From Oikopleura dioica (Eukaryota > Animalia > Chordata), in assembly GCA_907165135.1 (NCBI GenBank), contig OU015569.1:6510001-6574000 (forward strand): DNA of 64,000 nt, read 5' to 3'. The translations under genes were made by a program, and so were the position numbers. Positions 10,801-23,102 of the stretch are shown here, piece after piece. How positions within the stretch are numbered: the first letter of the stretch is position 1; the number at the start of each line of letters is the position of its first letter. The notes beneath the pieces are model-generated. The model saw only the letters and a program-made list of their open reading frames with translations. It did not search any database and was not told where the DNA came from.

Positions 10801-13071
10801 GTTAGTGAAGATAAAAGACGAGGCTAGTCACGTGTCGGGATGGACAGGTGCAGCAAGTGCCGTGTGGCTGCTCGACAGGTCGCGAGCTTCGAGGGAGATG
10901 TCGATTAGTCTCAGTTGGATCCATCATTAGTTCACTTTGATCTGGCTATGGCGGAAACCAACTTAAATGGATTCGCGAGGCGAACGTAAAATCCATGATC
11001 GACGAGTGTAACGTCATCGAAATCGCCAAGTTTTATTAATTGATGGATTTAAATCGCCGACAGAAGGAACTCTTTACGAACAAGAAGGATAATATTTCCC
11101 CCAGGCGTGATATATTCATCGCTGCAAAAGTAGAAATGAGAAATTATCACAGCTGGATTATTCCCTTTGAGCTGCAGAGGGCCAGCCGATTAAAAATTCA
11201 AGAGCAGAAACAATAGCCGAATTCGTAATTTTGACACGGCGAGCCGCGGCTTACATAGCGTCGGATTCATCTTTTGGATAGTTCGATAAATTCTAAAATG
11301 TTTCCGTCGGCCGGTTTCGTGTTGCCAGGTGAATACTCGAAGCTCTTTTTTCGCGCTTTTGGCAGGCGGATACGGCCCTGTCTGATAAAAAATCAGCTAC
11401 GAACATTATTTTGCAAACAACAACTAACAAATGCAAGCGTTTTAGAACAGCTGTCGAATTCGGAATAATGCTGCTTGTGACTGTAGAAGGATCAAGTTGA
11501 TCAATTTGCCACTCATCCCTTTCTTTCTAATTTGCCCAATTGGGTGTGATGGATCGCTTTTAGATTTTGTTAATGCCTTTTTTCCAGCTGGATAAATTTT
11601 TGTAGGGCACACGTTTTGCGGTTGTGCTATCAGTATCCGCGCGTCGCGTTCGTTTCCGTTTTTATGCAACACGGATTTCAGACGCAATTAGGCCCTGTCC
11701 AAGCTGATGTAATATCTGATCTGCGCTAATAAGGGTCAAATTTTGCTCCACTTCCGACGAGTTTATGGCTCCTCGAAAGACTCTGAAATTCAACAGAATG
11801 GCACTTGTTTCATTTCCGCCCTTTTCGCACCTACTCCTCCTCATAAAATGCTAGAATCAATCAGACTGGCCGATCTTTTCCCAAGCAGAATTTCTAGGGA
11901 CAAATTGGATGACCCAAATTGCGCCAATTTGACAAAGCGCGTAATTTTTGATTGTCTTGGGAAAGGAAGCACTCGCTGTACCTACAGCAGAAAATCTGCA
12001 ACAGGCAATCAAGATTTAAGGCTCTAGAATTCTTGTTAGGAGGTTCACACTCTGAGTTTTCTTTGACAAAAATTAGCGTCAGTAGAAAACAAGCGCGTTC
12101 ATGTGAAAATGCCATTGCCTCGACCGCGAACAAATGAGATTCCTTCTGATTTAGTGAATTAATAAGTAATAAAATTACTCGCGTCGTCTGATAAGTTCCT
12201 TATCGAACCGCAAACTCTCCCCACAAATGATTTGGCCCTTATTTTATTTATTCCCCGCGATTTATGGCGGCCCATCATTTCTCCATCAATTCCAAATTTC
12301 GCTCTTGAATCAACTCGCCAGTAGTCACTAACTTAATCTTTAGCCTACCTTCTAAGGTAAGGTAGGGTTTCTTTGCTAGTTGAGCAATAAATCTTTATTG
12401 GGCCAGGTCACTTTCACAAGGTGATATAGGATTTGAGTGAATCATCAGACACCCTATCAGAATGTAATCACCAGTTAAAACTTCCGCGGCTACTTCCACA
12501 ACTAAGCCGCTCAATCGAATAACTATCCAAACATCTTTCCGCCTGCATTGTAAATTTTAAAATAGATGATGGAAAAGATCTTCTTGGAGAGGTGAAATGA
12601 GTACGATTTCGATGTAGGGATAATCTCAGATTGGCAATGGCAAACAAGGGTCGATTAGTAAAACTAGCAAGGATGCTGTTTGAGGCTGGCGACGAGAGCT
12701 CGGTCGGGCACGATGGGTGGCGCCAGGACCGTGGCCGCATGACGGCGCACTCGCTGAGCTGGCTCTTTCAATCCGTCCGTTCTGCCTTTCTCGACTCGAA
12801 TTTTTGTGACTTTGATATCGGAAAAAGTTTTCGTATAATTCTGCAACCGGCCACCGGAAGATTCTCCATCCGGCCCAGTAGTAGTATTCCGGACAGTAAA
12901 TCACAGAAACTCAAAAAACAAACAAAAACTCGTCCTTTTAATTTATAGAGATAAGAAGCTTCACCGGAACGCGAACACAGAAGAACATTTCCACATTTTA
13001 CCATTTTTCTTCGCTGCACAGATAGAGATTTTCGCATGTGAGAAACTTGATGAAGAACTCGAAGAAAAGCT

Positions 13072-15036
13072 ATGAAACTGATTCTTTTCCACGTGCTCAT
13101 GGCGACCACTGAAGCTTTCCTCAAGGACCACGTACAGTTCACATCTACAGTAAGTACAAAACTAATGAAATTCGACTAAAATCGAGCATTATTTTTAAAA
13201 ATATTTTTGCTCTTCGCCGGCTTCGATTTTAAATAATGATTTCTAGCGCTCGAAAGCGGCCTTCTCGAGAAGAAGGAAAAGTTTTAACTCAGCGCAGAGT
13301 CGTCGCTGGACGGACTCCGTGATTGACCCAGCGGCAGCTTTTGCCCACGACGTTGACGTCCTCGTGGGGAGCAGTAGTAGCAACAACGATAATTTTTTTG
13401 ACTCCGACAAGTCACCGTCCTCGCTGCGCTCATCAGTCAACTTCGTTTCCCTCGCGGACTCACAGGCAGATGGACTCCCTCGCCCTTTCGTCTCACGAAG
13501 GTACAAATACGCCGATGCTCATTCCAACGAAGCTATTGCCGATTCACAAGTTGAGGACACCTCTGAGCGGCTTACCCGTCGGAAGACTTCCATTTCTTCG
13601 CATCCCAGCAGCTTTACATCATCTTCGTCTCTGCTTGATAGTAGTAGGCAAATGGATCTCATCCCAAGTTGCACCCAGCATCACAAAAAGGAGTATGGCT
13701 GCTACACTTACCTCCGGAATTACTCGTAAGTCATAAAATCAAGTGTTATATATTTAAAACTACCTCTAACTTCTATTTTCAGACCGCAAGGAGTAAAACA
13801 ACGATACCTCTCAATAGTAAAATGTCCAAAGAGAAGAAAATCCTCAACGAGGAGGCGAGAAGTCGACTGCGAGAAAATCCCTACTTCGAGAAGTTGCCGA
13901 AAATCCAGAAGGAAAACCAAGAAGAAGAACAGTCGTCGAAAGAACCGTGGCAGAGATAGCTTCAAAAAAGCGCAGTGTCAGGCGCCCGGCGCCAGATACT
14001 ATGTGAAAGGGGCCAACCACGGACCTGTGGAGAGAGACCACAAGAATAACAGTAAGTCATATCTTCGATTTTACGTTTTTACCTCTCATTTTACTTTATT
14101 TAACACAAAAGAAGAGCGTTTTTTTGGGAATTTTGTGGAATACCGAGTCCGGAAGGGAGTTCTATTCGAGTTTCCTTTTCAAATTTGAGATGAAACGGCC
14201 CAACAGAGGTGAAAAGTAGACTCACTGGGGCCCGTTCTGGATGATTTTCAATAGTAAAGACAGTAGCCTTTGATCTCATGAGCGTAATACGTTCTTACAG
14301 TAGCTCTATAGCTTACCGTTTTGAATTATCTACTCAGCAGGTATCCGATCTCCTTGATGGAAGGCTCTGCATGCGGATAAGGAAAGTAAATGTGAAGCGG
14401 ATTTCAAGAAATAGATCGGTTCACTTTGGGGTATCCAAAAACGTCGAGATCAACTTTTGCTTTACTTCCCTCAAATTCAATTGTCTAAAAAGATGTCTAA
14501 TCCAATCAGCCTCATTGTGGGAGGGCAGCTGAGTTTCCACTTTTTTCCTTTTTTGTGACATTTCGCCGGCCAGCCGGAGCTCCAGATAGCTAACCGTTTG
14601 GGTTTACGTGCTACTGTCACGCCAGCGCTCTATTCAACAAGCTCAATCTGTCATTGCTTATTAATAACATGGTTTTCAGTGATTTTCAAGCAGATCATCA
14701 ACGGCACGGACACACTGGAAATCTTCACTTTCGAGCACCACGGCACTCAGCAGCGCTTGACCGTCGACGAAAACAGCTACTCCGTCGTCTTGCGGGTAAG
14801 TCGACTTTGCTTGGCATATTGCTTCAAAAGAGAGAGTGAGCTTGAAATGGGGGCAGGTGCAGCTGGTGACGTTTGATCGCGAGCAAATTCTTAAAATGAA
14901 ACACGGCATTAATGAGATCCGGAGCTATAAACGCGAGATAAGGTCACGAAAATTTACTCCCAACAGTTGCGCATTTTCAGGAATCGTTGACTCTCCAGCT
15001 GGGAAGGCGATTCTTATTTCCACTTTTCTGGCTTGA
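13072..15036 (+). CDS. Large secreted basic protein, possibly a divergent FGF-like beta-trefoil (unit A)
   Basis: Exons 13072-13149, 13247-13725 and 13783-14051 join in phase through GTAAGT...AG introns. The N-terminus looks like a signal peptide (MKLILFHVLMATTEA) and is followed by a furin-like RRRK site. Later exons give TYRFELSTQQ, LCMRIRKV, IFKQIING, LVTFDREQ and AGKAILISTFL, weakly resembling FGF strands. The gene is well supported; the family call is weak. Confidence 0.55.
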
Positions 15037-17037
15037 GTCACTCTTTTTGTGAATTTTGGGTTCGAGTCAAATCCGGAGGAATTTTCTGGCCCATTAGGTC
15101 CTTCTGAAGTTTGAAAAGTGAAAAATATCAGAAGACGTTAATCCGCGCGCATCGCTTCCTGTAAGCTAAACAATGATAGATCGCAACTGAGTGATTATGG
15201 AGTAAATACGGCCCGGTCCGACCCGCTAATAGACCCTAATATGCTGCCAATTTGCATTTTTGCCCCATTGTGCTAATGACAGATAAAAGAAAAGGGCCCC
15301 GCTGGAGACCTTGCCGCTCAAAGTAACTAAAAAACCATGTTGTTGCGCTATTGAAAGCACTTCCGTCTGTCAAAAGCCGCGAAAATAGTCGGACATTTGC
15401 GGTGACAATCTATTCAAGCTCAACACGCCCGAAAATTAATCTAAATATTGAGATTTAGGATATTTTAAATGAGAAAAAAAGATAAAGAGTAAAAGTAGAT
15501 GATCCCTACTCCAGTCACCAGCGCGTGATAAATAGAGTTGCATGTGCACATGTGTTTTTTAACTCTGTCCTTATCTTGTGGGAACTGTTGAATTTTTGCG
15601 ATTTTGGCAGGTTGCTGCGTTATCGCTGCGGCGATCCTGCGCGTCCGGCCCTGCTCAGGTGACTTTGTTTGGCTTTTCCGTAGTTCAAAACTTCCGGATA
15701 CACTTTGAAACGTTCCACCGCCCACTACCAAACAAAACATCAACACACAACATACAGGGCCAGCTGTGCTAGAACTTACAGTAACCTTCATGCGTGCGTG
15801 TGTGGAAAATTGGGCACTTACTTTGATCAAGCACTAGAATTGACAGCCTCACCATATGTTTTTCCTTCGTTCACTCAGACCGGATGTGACCCCAGTAGAG
15901 GTCAGCAAGGCCCTTCCCACGTGATTGATCCGCGAGATCAAACTCCCCGGAAAAGATAGACTTTCAAAGGCTAGACTTTTCGAAAATTTCAGGCGTCGTG
16001 CGCATCCGGACGGTGATTTTTGGCGATTTAATTTTTGAGTGGATCGAGTGTTTGAGTTGAAGATGAGTTTTTCAAATGATCTGTTTTTTTGTAAATTAAT
16101 TGAAAAGAACAAGTTTCGAGCTTTTGCTTTTTCAGGCGAGCTCTTCAAGTTGAGTAATCACCCCTAAGTTAGTTTTGCTAAAGTTTTCATAAATCATTTT
16201 TGCAAACAAAAACCAATCATCTCTCAGCTCTCATCAAGTAAAACAATAAAATCCGTATTCATAAAAGTACTTCTGAAGTAACAAATAATAGCATCATTCT
16301 TTTCTTCCGCTGCTTCCTAAGTTTTCCATACCCAGTTCTCACGCTTTTCCCACTGGCCGTAAACCAGTCAAAACGTTAAAGCCCTGACGGAACTGTAGAA
16401 CTGATCGATGGAAAGCGAGCCGCAATTAGCAAATGTGACTATCTGCCTCTCCGGTGAATCAATAGTAAATATTTTCCGCCAGCGATTCAAGTACGCGCGA
16501 TAAACGCCCTTTCAAGAACAATTTTTCCAAAGAGCGGATTTCCGCGGCATCGGCTGCGATCACTCTGTTGGAATTTTAACTGTGTGCACCGTCTTAAATT
16601 TTGGAATCGTGTTTTGGCTGAAACTATTCTATTTGCTTGGATATTGTGTTTAACAGTGTGCGCCAACCGCGACCGCAACACTGCAGTAATTACGTTGCTG
16701 ATAAGGTCTTATCGTTTGGATAAGCCGCCAGTCGAAAGCCTTACGGTACTTGAGTGGCGCTTTTCGCCTACTTTTTCCCAAGTCTACACACACTGGCTCT
16801 CTCAGTCCCACTAGCCTCAAAGCTCAAAACATTTTTGAAGAGATGAGATAAGATAAAGTGCGCGTCCGGGCGCGCCGCCGCCGCACCGCAAATTTTCGTA
16901 CTCGGCGCTCATTTTCACCGAAAACTGCCCGTTACCATTTCACTCACTAGCTCTGGTCCCTTCCTTATTCATTTTTCTAATTCGGGCGAACAACGTCCGG
17001 TGATTAGCGATACAAATTACTAACGGGTTTTCTTTAG

Positions 17038-17652
17038 GATGAATTAGTCTCCGAAGAGCAGAAATACCTCCAACAGTTCTACATTCGACGAACGGTGGTT
17101 TGCGGCAAACAGTGCAAAAAAGCGAATTTGGTATTTTTCGAGTGGTGCCCAGCCGATGGATGCGCGAGGAGTAAACGCAAGCGCAAGTTCCTAGCGATGT
17201 CCGCTGAGGGCTACTTGATGATCGTCAACGGCTCGCTGAGACAGATGGAGAAGCCGAAGAACAAGATTAAAAACGAGGAGTCTACGAGCGTTGATTCGAG
17301 AAACAAGCAGTCAATGATGGTGAGCTGGAAGTGGAACAACTGCACACGTGAGAGCTGCCCGATGTTCCAAAAAAGCGAGAAGGTCACGCGCAAGAGCAGG
17401 CGTACGCAGGAACGAAGCAGCGTGCAGTACGCCGGCGAAGCCACTCAAGCTCACCAAAAGAAAAGCCGAAGAAAAGACTCTCGGCGAAAAGACCGCACCA
17501 AGGACGAGAGCAGCAGCATTGCACGCCAGAAGTACGTCGTCTACTTCGAGTTGAACTCGCTCAGCTCGAAGATGAAGCACGACGAACTCTCGCCGACGCT
17601 GGAAGACCTCAAAGTCGCTCAACAGTTTCATCAGCGAAGGCGGAAGAACTAG
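17038..17652 (+). CDS. Terminal exon encoding an FGF-like segment (unit B)
   Basis: A TTTAG acceptor at 17037 opens a 204-codon frame containing YLQQFYIRRTV, RKFLAMSAEGYL (cf. the FGF motif YLAMNxxGxL) and RQKYVVYFEL (cf. QKxxxFL), with Lys/Arg-rich loops. Upstream exons are unresolved (candidates at 15.1-16.0 kb). Confidence 0.5.
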   Translation, partial: DELVSEEQKYLQQFYIRRTVVCGKQCKKANLVFFEWCPADGCARSKRKRKFLAMSAEGYLMIVNGSLRQMEKPKNKIKNEESTSVDSRNKQSMMVSWKWNNCTRESCPMFQKSEKVTRKSRRTQERSSVQYAGEATQAHQKKSRRKDSRRKDRTKDESSSIARQKYVVYFELNSLSSKMKHDELSPTLEDLKVAQQFHQRRRKN

Positions 17653-19257
17653 AGCTCCGGAAAGAGTATTAAAACCAAGCGACCCTACTTTTTGGGCTAC
17701 ACTCAGCTTGCAGCCCATGTGTACATTATTTACTGTGGCTACTGTACATTTCTTCAATCGAACCTACACTCAACTCATTCGATGAGCTATTATAAATCTA
17801 TTAAGGACTTATTTAAATTAAAGATCCGTGTATTATTAAAAACTCAAATAAGCAACGGTAAAACACAACACTTCTGCCAAACGAGCTGTAAGTTCATCTC
17901 TAGTATTCTTGACTACTGTAAAATATTAAATTTAACGTCATTTATGAGAACTGACAGTACTGAATACACAAAAAACCTACATTAAAAAGACTTTTTTTTT
18001 TGTTTCTAATTAGAAACCGTTCAAGAACAAACCATTCATCTATCAATTTGGGGAGGAAATTTTAGTGATAAGGGAGTTTTTCGGGTTTCAGTTATTGTAA
18101 TTTGTTTGGTCGAGTGACTAAGGTCGGAGATAAGGGAGTCCGCCGCTGATAAAGTCACCGTCTTTGTGATAAGGTGAAGCCACAGCACCTAGCGCCAAAA
18201 AATACTTCCGTCTTACTTTCAAAACTTTCAATAAGCTTTCTCCGGCATACTTCGAAGATTTAGGGGAATATCATATTCCGAGTGTGTTTAAATTCCAAGT
18301 TTTGGGTAACATGCTTTAGTTTTTTCTTATGCACGAATAAAATCTTTTTTTTTTTTATTTGGCGATTTTCAAGAATACGTTACAGGGTCCTTTAAAAAAG
18401 ACACTTGAGAAAATGGCTGCGATTTGTCGTGCGTTTTCGCTAGTTGATTGTGGGAAAATCAATAGCATAATTGTTCCAGAGAGCTCTGACGGAAGTGCTT
18501 CAAATCTTTGATACCATCGAGATTTCAAAAAAACGCTCACGTACCGGACACGTTGACCAGACAAATTATGCTAGTAGGAAGAGGAAATGATCATCAGAGA
18601 GCATTGACAAAAACCCATGGAATCTATCCAATGATGCGACCTTTTACTACCGTTTCGATAATAGAACTCACCTGTGTCCTTGTGTACTTTTAGTTGGGGG
18701 ACCTTTGCATTGTTTCCCCAAGTGTTCCTTATCTTTCTCGTTATAGTCATCCCTTAATCTGGCGAAGTAGTGAAAACATGTGGCATTTGGACCGAAAAAA
18801 TGATAAGAGGTTAAAACGAGAGGCTGGAGCTTTTTCACTCGTAGATCTGGAGACATGGAGGAGTGTACAGTTAATTAAGTCAGCATCTCTCTCGCAGTTC
18901 ATAACGATGCGAGTTACACACACACCTATACGAGTACAAAATATTACTTGAAATTTCAAGATTCTAATCCAATTCTAGGAAAAAGCTGTTTGTTCCGATT
19001 AATAGTTCATGCCTTCTACTTGTCGTCCTCTTAATAAAAAACAAATGAATAGCCATAACTGCGTTGTTTTGTTTGAATCTTTTATATTCCACAAAGTACA
19101 ATAATAATAAAGAACTCATGATAAGATGAATGAAGATGAAGAATATTCGATTGCACGGGTTTTAGAGATTATGGACTTACGAGGACATGTTTGTAGAGAG
19201 TAGTATCGAGTAATGATATGGAAAGTGAAAACTCAGATAGAAGAACTCTCGAAGATA

Positions 19258-20504
19258 TCAGTGGATAGGGATGTAGTTATTGATCTTTGCTTTGTGTTTC
19301 TGCGCGATGCACTCTGATATCCACACAATGTTGCGGCACTCTTGTTCCTGGAGAAGAGTTAGCACTTGAAAAGGCGCATCTTTCTTACCTTCAGTTTGAT
19401 CCAGGAGTAAAAAGAAGCGAAAGTGAACTGTCTCATAAAAACAAGCATGTTGATTTTCACTTCGTGCTTGAAGAACTTGTCTTCGAGGGTGAAGTCGGAT
19501 GCACCCTGGCCCACGCCGTCGAAGAGTGAACGATAATTCGGAAATGTGTCAGCTACCTGGCGAACTTGCTCGAAATCATCGCACTTTCCAAGCATTGATA
19601 GACCTATAAAAACATGAAAATGATATGGAGAAGATGCGCACCGTAAGGATAGAGGGTTCCGCACTCTGGGTAGAGCTTCTCTCGTGCGTCCTTCGTCAGT
19701 TCGGTTCCGAAAGAATTGATCGTGATAAGGAATGCCCTTCGGTCGGCTTCAAATTCGAGGATAGGGCACATTGTCTCTTCCGTGCACCCACCGATGTCTT
19801 TGCACAGCTTGTAAAATGCCTCGATCCAGTTCTACCAGGAAAACATAATTAGATGATTGACCAAAAAATTACCTTGTAAAGCGTGTTTCTGATAATTTCA
19901 ATGTTCATTTCGTCGAGATCAGCTTCAGAAAAACCGTTGAAAAATTCCGAAAGAGGAGTGTCAATCAAGATCGAATTGTAGAGCTCTCCAGGAGTCTGCG
20001 CAATCGTCACAGCTTCCATTTGTTCGAAGATACCAAGAGGATGGCACTAAATAGAAGTTGATTTCTCGGGATGTTTTTATAGAATGGACGAACCTTAGGG
20101 ACGAGTTCCGAGAGCTGTCTTCTGTTGAGAGTACCGTTGATGAGGAGACAGACGTTGTCGATCATGTACTGGTAAGAAATGAAGTCGAGAAACTTGGACA
20201 GCTCTCCGCTAGAATGATTGCGCATGTGCTCGAACTCGGCGACCATTTTGTCCCGCAGACGAGCGGATATCAGCGACGAAGAGACTACGGCAGCTTCGTC
20301 ATTCAGAAACGTCCCATAAGATGTCCCCTAGAAGTAATTTTGCATTTGCTTTACTTGAAAAGGACATACCGCTAAATGGATCTTGAGGTCTTCAAGTGAG
20401 TCACACTGCGTTAGGGCTTGGTACTCCGTCTGGTTCAAAAGTCCATTCTTGAATCCCCGCACCATTCCTTCCAAATAGCCATACTGCGGATTGAAAAGCA
20501 GCAT
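19258..20504 (-). CDS. ATP6V0D: V-type proton ATPase V0 subunit d
   Basis: Spliced protein runs from [21 protein letters not shown] through [22 protein letters not shown] and [22 protein letters not shown] to [29 protein letters not shown]. It is colinear with V0 d subunits and has short GT-AG introns. Confidence 0.97.
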
Positions 20505-20824
20505 TTCTCTATTTGATCTATTCTGCTATTCTGACTATTCTTTTTGGGCGATTTTCTCGTTTTTGCGACGCTGCGTCAAAATCAATGAATTTCTCTCGCG
20601 CCCGCCTATTGGACAGAGACGGAAAACGCGCCAATTTTCGTCTTCAGAGAATTGCTCGTCCTTTCTACAATCATCTAAAATCACATCTGCTTGAAGTTCG
20701 ATAAATGATTTTCTTTCCGAAGTTAATTACAATCTTTGGTCCGATATTAATTTGTTCACTAATCAAATAATCGTCATGAATTGTTGTTTAGCCAAGAGAC
20801 AATCGAGTTTGTTATGAGCCTGTG
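20505..20824. promoter_or_regulatory. Probable bidirectional promoter (ATP6V0D / USP22)
   Basis: 320 bp separate two divergent ATGs. A CpG-rich patch with an ATTGG (CCAAT) box lies at ~20595-20615. Confidence 0.45.
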
Positions 20825-22681
20825 ATGGGCTCAGCTTCTTGCGAGCATGTGGCGGCTTTCAAGAGTTTATATCGTCTCCAACCGCTTCATATACTCCATA
20901 GGAACTTGTCTCCACAGTATTCTCGGCCCTTTTAAACCGCTCTTTCGAAACAGGACAAAGGAAGCTGATCTGTCCGCACTCAGAGTTCTTCTCTCGGGAG
21001 GCGATTTCCCTGCTCAAATGTATGTTTTGTCGTTCTCGCCGCGTGCGAAGTCGTCTGCACGCTTGTCTCCACTGCGTTTTCATCGGCTGCTTCGACAAAA
21101 AGCACCTTCACAAGCACCAGAAAACCACCGGCCACAACCTCTCTATCGACGTAAAACTCAGTCTGCATCCATCGTCTAACAATTCTCTAGCTCACATTTG
21201 GGAACACGCACTGTGCTTCTTGCCGCAACTACATTTACGACGATGACTTCGAAAAAGTCCGCTTAGCCTGTAAAAATGGTCACAATCATCAGAGTCTGCC
21301 TGTCTGGGAGCCAGATAAAGTAGATTTGAATTTCCTAGCTCAGCACAGAATGAGGTTCGCTCTATGTACTTTTCCTGACCGTAAATGTGAATATAGACTA
21401 ACTGTAGATGGCAAGTCCACCCTTGGTCTTCGCGGTTTGGTCAATCAAGGCAATACCTGCTTCATGAACGTGGTTATTCAAGCGCTCACGCATTCTCCAG
21501 TTCTCCGCGACTACTTTCTGATGGAAAAGCATCCTAAATGCCCGCCCAATGAGATTTCTTCTTGTATAGTTTGCGAATTCTCAAAGATATTCCAGGAGTT
21601 CTTTTCGAATGAAAATTCGAATCCGATGACACCTTATGAATGGTTCAAAAACTCGCTTTCAATATCCCTTTTTTCTATTGAATTTTATCCTTTGAACCGG
21701 ATCAAAGCGCTTGCTGTTGCTTGTATGGCGGAATTCGGAGTATTTAGCTGGTTACGAACAACAAGACGCGCACGAATTTCTCATCGCCGTTTTGGACATG
21801 ATTCACGAGCGTCTCCAGCCAAAGATCGAGAGTGGAAGCATAGACCTGACAGTGCAAGCGGATCGTTCTATAATCGACCAGGTCTTCACTGGCTTTATGC
21901 AATCCAACGTCGTCTGCAATCAATGTGGCAATATTTCGCAAACGATAGATCCTCTGCGTGACATCTCGCTGGATATTCCTCAAGTGGCTCCCGGAGGAGT
22001 CGCATCGCTAATGGACTGCCTGTCTAAATTTACAAAGAAAGAACAGCTCGGAAATGCGTCGAAGATAAACTGCAAAAAGTGCGGAAAGCGACAGGAAAGC
22101 TCCAAACAACTGACTATCTCCAGGTAGGCGCGAATCTTCTTTCGATGTTTCAAATCGTCAAAGATTGCCGGTGGTAGCTTGCCTTCACTTGAAACGCTTC
22201 GAACAAACGGCAACCGGTTCCAGATCAAAAGTGGCGACACCAGTTTCATTCCCTAAAACATTAGGAACCGCGTTTTTCATCAATCAACGAAATTTCTTTT
22301 GCGTAACTCTGAAAGTGCATTTGATTTGTGAAAAACAGCACCAGACATGGGTCCCTTCATGTCGAGCGCGCGCAACACATCACTGTCCCCCGAGTTCTGC
22401 GACTCGGACCATTACAAATATGAGCTCTTCGCAGTGGTCAACCACATGGGCAACCTACAATCCGGCCATTACACATCCTTCATTCGCCAGACCAGCTCGT
22501 GGTTCCGCTGCGATGACTCCTTGATAACAAAAGGTAAAGTTGGTTTCTAACAGATGCTTCGAAGCTTGTAGTGATCGTTCTGGAAAACATTCCAGTCATT
22601 TCAATTTTAGCTTCAATCGAACAAGTCCTGAATTCAGAAGCGTATCTACTCTTCTACCATAAAAAATCAATTCGATTTTGA
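20825..22681 (+). CDS. USP22: Ubiquitin-specific protease 22-like (SAGA deubiquitinase; zf-UBP plus catalytic domain)
   Basis: zf-UBP RLHACLHCVFIGCFDKKHLHKH; Cys box GLRGLVNQGNTCFMN; AGYEQQDAHEFL; His box HMGNLQSGHYTSFIR; C-terminal EAYLLFYHKK. Includes GA-AG introns at 20902-20960, 21638-21707 and 22265-22344. Confidence 0.92.
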
Positions 22682-23102
22682 AAATCGCAAATTTAAATTC
22701 AAATTCGAATACTTTATTTATTATTTATTAAGTTTCTTAAATCAGATTCCTGAAAACTGCAATATTAAGTGATATTTTCAAAGCCAAGCTAATCTGCTTT
22801 CTCATGCTATTCCCTCATTAGAAAGAATCTTCATTTTTTTTCTATAAGAAAGAAAAAAATGATAGATTTCTACGAATTCAAATGTCTCGTGTGTATTGGC
22901 CGAGTTTACAAAGTATTCAAGTTATACCTATTCTGCATCTATTTTTTCAAAAAGAGCAGAACTCATCTGTTTCTTTTATGCTATTTTAACTCAATCGTTT
23001 TGCCTACTTTATATCAACGAATTAATTAAAGCTCAAAAGCCTCTGTACCATCAAAAGTCCGCAATAACATGTGTTCGTTTTTTCAAATTATCACTTCAGT
23101 CA

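Noticed and set aside
12468-13020. Several overlapping 60-124 aa ORFs on both strands
   Set aside because: No recognisable motif and no consistent splice chain; the real frame, if any, could not be chosen.
13669-13959. ORF ending ...RLRENPYFEKLPKIQKENQEEEQSSKEPWQR
   Set aside because: Protein-like, but the phases of the flanking GTAAGT introns select a different frame (PQGVKQRYLSIV...).
18400-18960. Possible small plus-strand gene (RALTEVLQIFDTIEISKKR...)
   Set aside because: Fragments could not be joined into a convincing model.
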